Of a stretch of 64,000 nt of DNA, positions 1 to 10,166 are shown piece after piece. The position numbers were made by a program, and so were the translations under genes. The notes below the pieces were generated by a model, which searched no databases, was not told the origin of the DNA, and saw nothing but the letters and a program-made list of their open reading frames with translations. Position 1 is the stretch's first letter, and each line of letters opens with the position of its first letter. Source of the stretch: an uncultured Prevotella sp. (lineage in GTDB: Bacteria; Bacteroidota; Bacteroidia; Bacteroidales; Bacteroidaceae); NCBI GenBank assembly GCA_946404405.1, contig CAMJDL010000007.1, forward strand, positions 3,711 to 67,710, written 5' to 3'.

Positions 1-1067
1 GTGATGACAAAATCATTAATTTCTCCGATACCAATCACATGACAGGCTTTCGAAAAATCGTTTGAACGATAAACGTCAATAAGGTCTGGATGGACGTAGA
101 GTATGACATCGGCTGGGAAAGCATAGGAGCTCTTAAACGGATAGTTGACACCAGGCAGCGTCACCTTCTGCAGACTATCGCAGCCGTAGACCACATAATA
201 GTCATCAGACAGGCTGGTCAGTCCTGTTCCAAAAGTCAGTTCCTTCATGGAACGACAATATTCGAAAGCTCCTGTTCCTACTGTCTCAACGACATCGGAC
301 AGCGTAAGCGACTTCAAACTCGTACAACCATACAGCATGTAGTCTGGCAAAGTGGTCAGCAAGCTACAAGTCTGGAGGTTGATACTTTCCAAATTCGGGT
401 TGTTGGTAAAAGCACTTCTACCCATCTCGGTCAGCTTGCTACCAGCGGCAAACGTTACCGTACGCAACGAGTCCATGTAGCTGAAAGCACATTCGTCAAT
501 GGTTGTCACTGAACTGGGTATGGTAATCGTACGCAGATGATCGGTATTTTCAAAAGCCTTCAGCAGAATCGTTGTCAGACTGGTTGCCTCAGCCAGATTG
601 ATGGATGACAAGTTATAGCAAGCCTGGAACGTGTAACGTCCCAATATTTGCAGTTTGCTGTTCAGCGTGACGCTCTCCAACTTGCCACAATTGTAGAAAG
701 CATCACTGCTGGAACCGTCAGCACCACCCGTGGCAATGATGTTCTGGCCGAACACGATACTGACAATATTGCCTCGGTTACCTACTGACCCACTGATGTA
801 TAGCACATCGTGGCTGTTGCCAGCATTATCCGTCACTTGGTCGGCAATAATAATGCGACCAGCCTTGTCGGCATCGGTGCTATAGGTCTTGACACCTACG
901 AACGTTGCTGGACCGTCGTCTGTAAACTGGTATCTCAGCACGTTTCCATTACTGTCGGCCAACGTCACTTCTTCAGCCATAGCCGAAAGCGGCAGAAGGA
1001 AGCCCACTAATAACAGTAGCCATCCTCGCCAATAAGCGTTAAAGTCTTGCGTTTTCTTCATAATCAT
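1..1067 (-). CDS. BspA/TpLRR-type leucine-rich repeat surface protein, 5' part only (runs off the left edge)
   Basis: Not in the ORF track because it has no stop in the window. Manual translation from ATG 1067 gives MIMKKTQDFNAYWRGWLLLLVGFLLPLSAMAEE (signal peptide), then LRR_5-type repeats such as LRTITIPSSVTTIDECAF and LKSLTLSDVVETVGTGAFEYC. Confidence 0.85.
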   Translation of the reverse strand, partial: MIMKKTQDFNAYWRGWLLLLVGFLLPLSAMAEEVTLADSNGNVLRYQFTDDGPATFVGVKTYSTDADKAGRIIIADQVTDNAGNSHDVLYISGSVGNRGNIVSIVFGQNIIATGGADGSSSDAFYNCGKLESVTLNSKLQILGRYTFQACYNLSSINLAEATSLTTILLKAFENTDHLRTITIPSSVTTIDECAFSYMDSLRTVTFAAGSKLTEMGRSAFTNNPNLESINLQTCSLLTTLPDYMLYGCTSLKSLTLSDVVETVGTGAFEYCRSMKELTFGTGLTSLSDDYYVVYGCDSLQKVTLPGVNYPFKSSYAFPADVILYVHPDLIDVYRSNDFSKACHVIGIGEINDFVI

Positions 1068-1213
1068 ATACTTTTTTGGTTTCTAGTCTATAACTAATAA
1101 TGTGCAAATATAGGAATAATCCCGAAAAGGCTACTCCTATATTTGCAAAAATATCTCCTAAATCTACAAAAAGTAACAGAGTTAAGGGTATAGAGATAGT
1201 ATAGTCCTACGTC

Positions 1214-4102
1214 TTACCCTCCGATTTTAGGCTTTAACTCGTCGGGCGATTCGTTGGTAAACATATCGACACGAGGGGCTTCGCGCTCGAAAAGATGACG
1301 GATGACATCGATATCAAGGTGTAGCGAGGGATTGAAGTCGCTACTCTGCATGTAGCGCAGAATGCTGTAGCGTAACTGACGGGCTACAGGACGCTGATCC
1401 AGACGATGCGAGATATCCATCGTTGTCATCAGCAAACGTCCTTTCAGTACACGGGCCTCGATGAGCATGCCAAGCTTGCGGCTGACGTGCCATGTATCTA
1501 TAGGTTGCACGATGGGCTGATAATCCTTAGGAAACTCTGCAAGATTTATGACCTGCGTACGATTCACGAGTTCCCACCAATTCAGATTCTGCCAATCGTC
1601 GGTGGGGAAGTCGCGGAATACGGGATGCGTGCTCTGGATATAGGCACCCGTGGTGTGTGGTGGACGCATCTTAAACCATGAGGTATTCCAGAATACAGGC
1701 AGGAACGTGTGGCGTACATCATTGCCATAGCGTATCTTGCCACCCGCACAGAGCAGTACCGTGCCCCCCCTCTTCAGTACCTTCAGCGCCTTCGCATCCA
1801 GCGTATCCGTCTCGTAGAAATCTTTATTATTTATCATTTCTTCTTTATTATTTAGCGAAGCGCAGGGATAAACCCAGAAGTCCCAATGGTTTTTGATATT
1901 CTCAGAGAACTGAACGGTCAGCGTCAGCTTTTGTGGTGTCGTGACAGCGCCAAGCGACTGACTGATGGTGCCAAGGGCAATGTTCTTACCAGTGGGCAGT
2001 GTGCCGGAAAATAAGGTGCCTTGGCTGAAGATGCTGTCACCAGCCATAATAGTATAGGTGGCACGGGCATCAGTCAGAGAAGTCATGAAGGCATTGTAGA
2101 CCTCAATGGGAACCTGAAGCGTCTCGTCGTTGGTATAGACGAACTTGGGGAAACGAGCCAAAGGAACAATGGCACTACAGAACTGGCGCCAGTCGTCGGC
2201 CGTACAATAGCCTTTTTCGCGCCAATGGACATTGAGTGGGCCGACGAGTGCCGTACCTTGGCCGCTATAGTCGTTGAGCCCTAAGAGTTGGAAACCGGCA
2301 TAGTCCTTGGTACGCAGGTTGCGCTCTATCTCGTACTTATAGGCTAAGACCTGCAAGCGACCGCTGGCCATCAGAAACTTCTCGGCCTGCGAGGCCATAC
2401 CATTATCAGCCAACAGGTCTTGGAATATCTCGAAATTACGGGCCTTATAAACGCCAGTATATTGCGGAATCTCCTTAAAGTCGGGGAAGGCACACCACTG
2501 GCCCTGTTCGTGAGCGACAATAGGCGAATAGTTGGGTTCCTTAGACTTGTAGTTGCGCGGAAAGAGCAGTTGCTGATAGTAGTCATCGTCACTGCTGGGT
2601 GCATGACGGTCCCAGTCGAGTCCGCGTGCACCAGCCTTCACATGGAATTCAGAACCGTCGTCCCATGCCCAGCCGCCACCGACGGCAGCACCTGCGTAAA
2701 TTTTGGTGGGGTCGTACTGGTGCATCACTTTTACCCAGTCGTTACAGTAGCTCACCCAATCACCAGCAGGCTCGTTACCCGCTGCCATCATGATAAACGA
2801 CGGATGATGACCATACTCATCAATGATGCGTTTGGTTTCGTCCATCAGGTACTGGTCAATCTTCTGTCCACGACGCAGTTTCACACCATGATTAGGCCAC
2901 GACGGGCCCTCAGGCTGAAGATAGATACCCACACGGTCAGCAGCAGCAAACGCCGCCTCTGGTGGACAGAAACTGTGGAAGCGCACGTGGTTCAGTCCGT
3001 ATTCCTTGCACTTACGGAAAATCCTAAGCCACTCTGCCTCATCAGTAGGCGGATAACCCGTCTCAGGGAAACAACAGTTCTCGACCGTACCACGCAGGAA
3101 CAAGGATCTGCCATTAAGTTGGATTTGTCCGTCCTTGACTTTGATATCGCGCAAACCAAAGGTTGTCTCATAGACATCGTCACCAGCCCTGACCGTCAAC
3201 TGATAGAGATTGGGCTGCAGTTCATCCCAAAGTCTAAAGCCGTCTAAAGGAATATCAAACGTTAACACATCCTTTGTTGCTTCCTTCGTGCATATTCTAC
3301 GGTCTGGGCGTTTTTGACTATTGTCTAATGGACGTATCTCTACACGCACGCCATAATCGTTAACAGGAAAGACGCGCACGCCTTTGAGATGATTCTCCAA
3401 CTCCACCTCAACAGCCATAGTACGCTTGGGGATGTCTGGACGGATACGGACATGACGGATATTCAGTTTCTTCCACTGTGCCTGCAGTTCCACGCGTCCC
3501 ACGATACCGTTCCAGTTACCTTGCGTCTGATCGGTCACCGAGTGGGAGTCCTGTCCCACGCAAACGTTCTCGATACCATTGTAGACGCAGATAGCAATCG
3601 TGTTACTCTCGCCACTATTGACATAATCAGTAATATCATAGCGATGAGGCGTAGAAAGCGACATCTGATGTCCGACACGCTGACCGTTAACATAGATGGC
3701 GGTCTCGATATGCGGACGTTCCAAAAACAGCGTAATGCGCTGGTCGTTCCAGTTTTTGGGAATATAGATGCTACGCTTATACCAAGCGTTACCGACGTAA
3801 TGCTTCTCAGGCGTCAGAAAGAACGGAAACTTCATCTGTCCCTCGACGCGGTATTTCGCCATATAGGGATTAAAGTAGAACGACGAATCGTAAAGCGAAC
3901 CCGTCCACCGCGTATTCACATTCACAGAATTACCCTTGCCGTTGGTCAGCATGGAACCGGGCAGCATGACATAGTCGTTGTACTGCGTGCTGTCACCTAG
4001 AGAAAAATCCCAGGCGCCCGTCAGCGAGATGGTTTGCGCAGTTATGCTGCTAAATGAAAAATGAGAAATGAGAAATGATAAACCTATCAGAAGTCGTTTC
4101 AT
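1214..4102 (-). CDS. Glycoside hydrolase family 2 (beta-galactosidase/beta-glucuronidase-like), secreted
   Basis: Signal peptide, GH2 sugar-binding N-domain (WYKRSIYIP...YVNG), FGLRDI..LNG, HVRFHS, HHPSFIMMAAGNE acid/base motif and AHEQGQW nucleophile region. Confidence 0.85.
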   Translation of the reverse strand: MKRLLIGLSFLISHFSFSSITAQTISLTGAWDFSLGDSTQYNDYVMLPGSMLTNGKGNSVNVNTRWTGSLYDSSFYFNPYMAKYRVEGQMKFPFFLTPEKHYVGNAWYKRSIYIPKNWNDQRITLFLERPHIETAIYVNGQRVGHQMSLSTPHRYDITDYVNSGESNTIAICVYNGIENVCVGQDSHSVTDQTQGNWNGIVGRVELQAQWKKLNIRHVRIRPDIPKRTMAVEVELENHLKGVRVFPVNDYGVRVEIRPLDNSQKRPDRRICTKEATKDVLTFDIPLDGFRLWDELQPNLYQLTVRAGDDVYETTFGLRDIKVKDGQIQLNGRSLFLRGTVENCCFPETGYPPTDEAEWLRIFRKCKEYGLNHVRFHSFCPPEAAFAAADRVGIYLQPEGPSWPNHGVKLRRGQKIDQYLMDETKRIIDEYGHHPSFIMMAAGNEPAGDWVSYCNDWVKVMHQYDPTKIYAGAAVGGGWAWDDGSEFHVKAGARGLDWDRHAPSSDDDYYQQLLFPRNYKSKEPNYSPIVAHEQGQWCAFPDFKEIPQYTGVYKARNFEIFQDLLADNGMASQAEKFLMASGRLQVLAYKYEIERNLRTKDYAGFQLLGLNDYSGQGTALVGPLNVHWREKGYCTADDWRQFCSAIVPLARFPKFVYTNDETLQVPIEVYNAFMTSLTDARATYTIMAGDSIFSQGTLFSGTLPTGKNIALGTISQSLGAVTTPQKLTLTVQFSENIKNHWDFWVYPCASLNNKEEMINNKDFYETDTLDAKALKVLKRGGTVLLCAGGKIRYGNDVRHTFLPVFWNTSWFKMRPPHTTGAYIQSTHPVFRDFPTDDWQNLNWWELVNRTQVINLAEFPKDYQPIVQPIDTWHVSRKLGMLIEARVLKGRLLMTTMDISHRLDQRPVARQLRYSILRYMQSSDFNPSLHLDIDVIRHLFEREAPRVDMFTNESPDELKPKIGG

Positions 4103-4105
4103 GGG

Positions 4106-6127
4106 CTATTGCATGTTGATGATTTCAATATTAGTGATGGCTTCACCGGCAGTGCGGTCGGCCTCACGGGGCAGGTAAATTGGAGCATCAGGCTGTAAAG
4201 GCAGGACGCGCAATTCCAGTTCCTTGCAATCCTTGGGCAGTCGCCACAGACCATAGAGGAACGGACGACCGTAGTAGAAATTATCGGCTATCAGACGACC
4301 ATTGGCATAAAGACGGGCACAGTCGCCACGATAGGAAATGCTGAGGAGGGCTGATGGCTGATGGCTGATGGCTGATGTGATGCGATAGACGGCGGCATTG
4401 TTCCAATCCTGTTCAGAGGGAGCCTCAGCGACCTTGGCCTTACCCTTCTTAATAGTACGCAAAGGGCCTGCGTCCTTGACCTTCGTGAATTCTACCAACT
4501 TTTCAATCTTCACTCTTAACTCTTCACTCAAAAAGAGGCGTTCGGCCTGTTCACGCGTCATGAGATAGACGTTTTTGTAGACGGGCTTCTCGATACCCTT
4601 AGCCTTGACGTTCTTCAACGTCTTCCCATCCTGCATTTTGATGGTCGTTGTAACACCTGGAATCTGCATCATGTAGAGTTTACCGTCACGATGCGCCACC
4701 AACTGAGCCGTAGCATAGCGGATTCCTGCGATATTGACGGGGAAGATAGCCATGGTGCCAGAAGGAATGGTAAGACGTGGCAAAACCACGCCAGACAATG
4801 ACAACAGCACGTTCTTTTTGGCACTTAGCGTATAGAAGCGTTCGTAGTTGTTGACAAAGACAAAACCGCTGTCGCCCTGACAGCGTACCGCCCAGCGAAG
4901 GGCATCATCTTGTCCACGTTTCAAGTCCTGTGGTGCAGGAAATGAAGCCTCCATAGGAGCAAGTGTCTCACCAAAGTCCTGCATAAAGAGATGCAGCGGA
5001 CGCAGCATATAGTATTGCGGATAGGTCTGTCCGAATTCGCCCAGCGGTGCCTGGAAATCATAGGTGCAAACGGGCAGGTCGTTATTGGCTGTACCAGGTG
5101 ACGTTTGTACTTCGTTCAACGTATTCAGAACACCCTCAGGATTAGTGCCACCATGATACATGTAGTAGCCCAACAGATTAGAGCCGGAACCCAGTTTAAC
5201 AAGCGCCATCGAATAAGCATCCTCGGCATAGACGTAAGGACGGCGGTGATAGGCCGTAGCCATACCACCACCAAGTTCACAGGTGAAGTAGGGATAGGCA
5301 TTATCGCCTTTGTTAATTTTAGCTTCCTGCTTGCCCAAGAGGTCGGTACCAATAGCCGTACTGGAACGGAAAGCCTTGAAGTTAAAGGCTTTATAATAGT
5401 TACCGCATCCTTCCGTCACTTCCTTATCCCAAAAACCGTCGGCATAGTCACCATAAAGCGGTAACATCTCACCGTATGGCACAGGCGTACGCAGTTCGGG
5501 CCATCCGGTACGCGTATAGAAAGGCAGGTCGAAGCCAATCTTCTGAGCTATCTGTTTCAGCGCCATCAGATATTCGCCACGCCCCCGATATTCGTTATCA
5601 AACTGGGCCGCAATCACTGGGCCTCCGTCCTTCCACTGCAGACCTTGAACCTGTGTAAAGATCTGACGATATAATTTCTCGGCAAGACCGAGGAATACAG
5701 GGTTCTGCTCGCGAAGTTTACAGCCTTTAGTAAACGCCCAATCGGGAATACCACCATTGCGCACTTCACCATGACAGAATGGGCCAAGGCGCAGCACGAC
5801 AGGCATCTGCTCTTGTTTGCATATCTCTAAGAAATGGCGCAGATTTCGTTGTCCGTCCCAACGGAAGATGCCTTCCTGCTCTTCAATATGGTTCCAGAAT
5901 ATGTAGGTAGCAATGATTGTCACCCCACCCTCGCGCATCTTACGAACCTCACGATGCCATTCGTCCTGTGGTAAACGCGAATAGTGGATTTCACCCATCA
6001 CAGGACAGACGCGATGTCCGTCAATCATCAGGCTATGACGGTCCCACGTAATGGCTTTCCCAAAATCGGAAGCCCGCATCGTGAGCACGCCCATGATGAT
6101 ACTTATTGTCAAAAAAAACTTTCTCAT
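4106..6127 (-). CDS. Glycoside hydrolase family 35 beta-galactosidase
   Basis: MGEIHYSR, TYIFWNHIE, LRLGPFCHGE, GGPVIAAQFDNEY, YYMYHGGTN and YDFQAPLGEFG are GH35 motifs. Confidence 0.9.
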   Translation of the reverse strand: MRKFFLTISIIMGVLTMRASDFGKAITWDRHSLMIDGHRVCPVMGEIHYSRLPQDEWHREVRKMREGGVTIIATYIFWNHIEEQEGIFRWDGQRNLRHFLEICKQEQMPVVLRLGPFCHGEVRNGGIPDWAFTKGCKLREQNPVFLGLAEKLYRQIFTQVQGLQWKDGGPVIAAQFDNEYRGRGEYLMALKQIAQKIGFDLPFYTRTGWPELRTPVPYGEMLPLYGDYADGFWDKEVTEGCGNYYKAFNFKAFRSSTAIGTDLLGKQEAKINKGDNAYPYFTCELGGGMATAYHRRPYVYAEDAYSMALVKLGSGSNLLGYYMYHGGTNPEGVLNTLNEVQTSPGTANNDLPVCTYDFQAPLGEFGQTYPQYYMLRPLHLFMQDFGETLAPMEASFPAPQDLKRGQDDALRWAVRCQGDSGFVFVNNYERFYTLSAKKNVLLSLSGVVLPRLTIPSGTMAIFPVNIAGIRYATAQLVAHRDGKLYMMQIPGVTTTIKMQDGKTLKNVKAKGIEKPVYKNVYLMTREQAERLFLSEELRVKIEKLVEFTKVKDAGPLRTIKKGKAKVAEAPSEQDWNNAAVYRITSAISHQPSALLSISYRGDCARLYANGRLIADNFYYGRPFLYGLWRLPKDCKELELRVLPLQPDAPIYLPREADRTAGEAITNIEIINMQ

Positions 6128-6131
6128 TGTC

Positions 6132-6449
6132 TCAATCCAAATGGAACACTTCTTGAATAGGAATGGTGACGGGTGAATTATCAGGGTTTACCTCCATGAT
6201 ATCAGCCATCATGTCCCACCAACGTTGCGTGATGGGGTCGACATCCGTGGTGTCCTGCGACGAACCCTCACCCTCGCACTCCTGATAGCCAAAGAGCAGA
6301 TTAGTGTCCTTATCCCAGAAAATACTGTAGTTCTTGACGCCTGCCTCGTGAATCATCTCCACCAGTTCAGGCCATATAGCAGCATGGCGACGCTGATATT
6401 CCTCCTCGCAGCCAGGCTTCAAATACATTTTAAATCCAAATCGTTTCAT
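6132..6449 (-). CDS. rhaM: L-rhamnose mutarotase
   Basis: 105 aa with EEYQRRHAAIWPEL, NYSIF, QRWWDMMADIM and EVFHLD. Confidence 0.92.
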   Translation of the reverse strand: MKRFGFKMYLKPGCEEEYQRRHAAIWPELVEMIHEAGVKNYSIFWDKDTNLLFGYQECEGEGSSQDTTDVDPITQRWWDMMADIMEVNPDNSPVTIPIQEVFHLD

Positions 6450-6500
6450 ATTTCACTATTCATTATTCACTATTCACTATTCACTAAGGCAAAGCCCGCC

Positions 6501-7676
6501 TCAGTTTCCATCAGGTTTTGTAATGTTACTTCCTGCAGACATGTGCCAAACAAACTGAGCGGGATCGTCAGGCTGAGCAGGGTTAAAGTCCTGCCAGTCA
6601 GGACGCAGATGCTGTACCAAGGGTGACTCCATCTGTTTCAGTCCCATCACAATCATTTTTGCAATCTCCCATGCACCATAGGGATTAAAGTGGGTATTGT
6701 CGGCCAGAGCTTTCGGTTGATTGGCGAAGGTATTGGCGGGATAATGAACTAGAGCCTTCTTTGAGCCTTCTTCACCTAATGCCTCGTAGAAGGCGGTAGA
6801 CATAGCAGTAAGATCAATGACGGGTACGTGTTCACGATGAGCTACCGTCTTCATGGCCTCAGGATAGTCACCATGGGTATTCTGATTACGTCCGTTCTTG
6901 AATGAGCGGCGAGCCGTTGGTGTACAGAAAATGATGTGTCCACCAGCAGCCTTCACACGGTCGGCAAATATTTTCAGGTTACGCGAATAGCTATACCATG
7001 CACCATCACCCGGCTTCTTTTCTTTCTCGTCGTTATGTCCGAACTCCACGATGACGTAGTCGCCCTTCTTCAGTTGTGTCAGAATCTTATCGAGTCTCAG
7101 CTGCGCCAGGAACGAGGTACACGACAGTCCACTCTCGGCATAGTTGGCGAAGACCACGCCATCTCCAAACCAACGGGTAATCATCTGTCCCCACGATGCC
7201 CACGGTTCGTTTTCCTGATCAACAACAGTTGAGTTGCCACAAAGGAATACGGTAGTTACATCCTTGACAGGTTCTATCTTGATGCGCTGAACGGCAGGCA
7301 TCGGTCCACAGAACGAGATATTGAGCGAGTCGTCCCAATTCTTATATTCAAGTTCACGTGGCTTCAGCTTTACCTTGGTCTTTGCGTCAATCTGTGAGTT
7401 TTTCTTGTTGACGACAAACGACACCGTCTCGTACTTACCTTTCTTCGTCGTTATCAGGTCATAGTAATGACGACGGCTCTCGGCGCGCACCACGGTCTGA
7501 CCAACCTTTTTCTTATTACCCAGCGTTACCGTCACATGGTAGTTGCCGTCTGGCACTTGAGCAGAAAAGGTAAAGGGTTCTGTACTTACCTTATTCAACA
7601 AGGTGTCAATAGTCTGAGCCTGTGCAGTCAGCATGCTGCATCCAGCCATACAAAGAGTAAAAATCAGTTTTTTCAT
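6501..7676 (-). CDS. Rhamnogalacturonan acetylesterase (CE12, SGNH/GDSL), secreted
   Basis: FLCGNSTV (block I), SWGQM, NYAESG, EFGHNDEK (block III) and DNTHFNPYGA (DxxH block V), signal peptide, pectin-cluster context. Confidence 0.88.
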   Translation of the reverse strand: MKKLIFTLCMAGCSMLTAQAQTIDTLLNKVSTEPFTFSAQVPDGNYHVTVTLGNKKKVGQTVVRAESRRHYYDLITTKKGKYETVSFVVNKKNSQIDAKTKVKLKPRELEYKNWDDSLNISFCGPMPAVQRIKIEPVKDVTTVFLCGNSTVVDQENEPWASWGQMITRWFGDGVVFANYAESGLSCTSFLAQLRLDKILTQLKKGDYVIVEFGHNDEKEKKPGDGAWYSYSRNLKIFADRVKAAGGHIIFCTPTARRSFKNGRNQNTHGDYPEAMKTVAHREHVPVIDLTAMSTAFYEALGEEGSKKALVHYPANTFANQPKALADNTHFNPYGAWEIAKMIVMGLKQMESPLVQHLRPDWQDFNPAQPDDPAQFVWHMSAGSNITKPDGN

Positions 7677-7699
7677 TGTAGTTTGAATGTTTATCGCGG

Positions 7700-7768
7700 C
7701 AAAGTTACAAAAAATTTCTTAAATCTTTCATTTTTAATCTCTAATCTTTCATTTTTTTATTACCTTTG
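7700..7768. promoter_or_regulatory. Divergent Bacteroidota sigma-70 promoters of the RG-I cluster
   Basis: TAACTTTG on minus (7700-7707) and TACCTTTG on plus (7761-7768) match the TAnnTTTG -7 consensus. A 14-bp direct repeat AATCTTTCATTTTT lies between them at 7722 and 7743. Confidence 0.6.
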
Positions 7769-7792
7769 CCCAACAAACAAACTAACAACTCT

Positions 7793-10159
7793 ATGAAACG
7801 AATTATCTCACTACTTTCTGTAGTACTGCTTACTGGCACTTCCGCAATGGCACAGCGCCAAGTGGAAACGTTGAACTTCGGTTGGCAATTCAGTCGTGAT
7901 GCATCCTTCAAAAATGCCACCAATGTCGATGTTCCCCACGACTTCCAGATTTCACAACCATGGGTGGCTCCCTCTGCTGGCGAAAAGGCCGACAACTCGG
8001 ATGCTGCCGCCAACATCAAGAGCCGTCTTTCTGCACGAGGTTTTAAGGAGATTGGTACGGGATGGTACAAGAAAACCATCACGCCCGACGTCTCGAAGAA
8101 AGGCAAGCGCATACTGCTGGATTTCGAAGGAATCATGCTCACCGCCGACGTCTTTTTGAACGGACAGCGCATTGGTGGTACCGATTACGGTTATGTTGGC
8201 TTCGAGATTGACATCACCAACCATTTGAAGTACGGTCAACCCAACGAATTGCTTGTGAAGGCCGAGACACAGGACGAAAAGGCCTCTCGCTGGTACACTG
8301 GTGGTGGACTGTTTCGTGACGTCAACCTCATCACGACCTCTGCAGAGTTGTATTTGGAACGTCATCCGCTGTATATCACCACACGCCACAACAAATATGT
8401 GACAGTCGGTGTCGAGTTTACCAATCGTGGACGACAGAAAGAGGTAGCGATTGGTTTGAAGCTCTATGACCCCAATGGCACATGTGTCTATGAAAGCAAG
8501 GAGAATTTTACACGTAAGACTGCTTCACGTACCCAAGAGGTTCGTTTGAAGGAGATACAGATTACTGATCCAAAGCTGTGGGATGTCAACAACCCCAACC
8601 TATATCGGGCTGAAGTGTCGCTGATGACGAAGGACGGCAAGGTTACGGACTCTTATTCGGAAAACTTTGGTATCCGCACCATCGAGTACGGTCCTGCATT
8701 CGGATTGAGACTGAATGGCAAGAAAGTGCTGTTGCAGGGTTATGCCAACCACCACACGCTTGGTGCATTAGGTGCTGCAGCTTATCCACGAGCTATCGAA
8801 AAGCGCTTGCAGTTGATGAAGGAGTTTGGCATCAACCATATCCGCACCTCACACAATCCCTACTCGCGTCAGTTTATTGAACTCTGCGACAAATATGGCA
8901 TCCTCGTTGTCGATGAGCTCTACGACAAGTGGACGCGCCAGCATTCAGGCACCCGTGCGCCATTCATGAACCACTGGGCTTACGACGTGAGCGAGTGGGT
9001 GAAGCGTGACCGCAACTCACCCAGCGTCGTCATGTGGAGTCTGGGCAATGAGTTGCAGCAAGACCCCAACCAACCATTCAACGACTGGGGTGTGACATGT
9101 TACAAGATGATGAAACCCGTCTTGGAACGCTACGACTCTACACGCAAGGTTACTGTTGCCATGCACCCACGCTATCGCAATTGGGACACAGACTCACTAC
9201 CTGCCAATCTGGCTTTGGAGACCGACATACAGGCTTATAATTATAGATATATGTATTTCCCTGGCGACGGACGCCGCTTCCCGTGGATGACATTCTATCA
9301 AAGCGAGGCCTCCACACAGGCTATGGGACAGAACTTCTTCGAGATGGATCTGAAGAAGGTCATCGGACTGGCCTATTGGGGTGCCATCGACTATTTGGGC
9401 GAGAGCATGGGCTGGCCACAAAAGGGTTGGTCGCAGGGGGTGTTCTATATCTCGCTCGACCCCAAACCCAAAGCCTACTATATGCGATCGTTCTTCAAAC
9501 CCGACGAGCCCGTAGTGCATCTGGCTGTTCTGGAGAGTGAAAAGGCTGAGATGTGGAATGGTGTGAAGATGGGCAACGACCGCATGACAGGCAACTGGAA
9601 CCGCAAAGAAGGTTCAAAGGCCAACATCATTGTCTATACCAACGGTGACGAGGTGGAGCTGCTGCTCAATGGTAAGAGCTTGGGACGCAAAAGCAATCCC
9701 AAGGAAGCCAAACTGCGCAACCAGATTCGTTGGGGAGAAATCGACTATAAGAGTGGACGTCTGGAAGCTGTGGCTTACAAAAACGGTAAGGCCGTAGCCC
9801 GTCATGCCCTCGAAACCACGGGCAAGCCCGTTAAGATTATTGCTGAACCAGACAATGCCAATTGGCAGGCAGACGGTATGGATTTGCAACACGTCCGCTT
9901 GACTGCTGTCGACAGCAAGGGACGCCGTTGTCTCTCTTACGACGACGAACTGACATTCAATATTGAGGGTGACGCCAGCATTGTGGCAGTAACGAATGGT
10001 GACATCACCACCGACGAGATTGCTACACAACAGCATATCCGTCTGTGGCAAGGCCAGGCTATGGTCATACTCCGCAGCGGACGCCAACCCTCAAAGATCA
10101 CATTGACCACGAAGCCCCAAACCTTCAAGGACATCATCACTAAAATAGAAACAAAATAA
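7793..10159 (+). CDS. Glycoside hydrolase family 2 beta-galactosidase with C-terminal Ig-like domains
   Basis: Start moved to ATG 7793 (MKRIISLL signal peptide, downstream of the promoter). HIRTSHNP, RDRNSPSVVMWSLGNE and YTNGDEVELLLNGKSLG. Confidence 0.88.
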   Translation: MKRIISLLSVVLLTGTSAMAQRQVETLNFGWQFSRDASFKNATNVDVPHDFQISQPWVAPSAGEKADNSDAAANIKSRLSARGFKEIGTGWYKKTITPDVSKKGKRILLDFEGIMLTADVFLNGQRIGGTDYGYVGFEIDITNHLKYGQPNELLVKAETQDEKASRWYTGGGLFRDVNLITTSAELYLERHPLYITTRHNKYVTVGVEFTNRGRQKEVAIGLKLYDPNGTCVYESKENFTRKTASRTQEVRLKEIQITDPKLWDVNNPNLYRAEVSLMTKDGKVTDSYSENFGIRTIEYGPAFGLRLNGKKVLLQGYANHHTLGALGAAAYPRAIEKRLQLMKEFGINHIRTSHNPYSRQFIELCDKYGILVVDELYDKWTRQHSGTRAPFMNHWAYDVSEWVKRDRNSPSVVMWSLGNELQQDPNQPFNDWGVTCYKMMKPVLERYDSTRKVTVAMHPRYRNWDTDSLPANLALETDIQAYNYRYMYFPGDGRRFPWMTFYQSEASTQAMGQNFFEMDLKKVIGLAYWGAIDYLGESMGWPQKGWSQGVFYISLDPKPKAYYMRSFFKPDEPVVHLAVLESEKAEMWNGVKMGNDRMTGNWNRKEGSKANIIVYTNGDEVELLLNGKSLGRKSNPKEAKLRNQIRWGEIDYKSGRLEAVAYKNGKAVARHALETTGKPVKIIAEPDNANWQADGMDLQHVRLTAVDSKGRRCLSYDDELTFNIEGDASIVAVTNGDITTDEIATQQHIRLWQGQAMVILRSGRQPSKITLTTKPQTFKDIITKIETK

Positions 10160-10166
10160 ACAAAAT

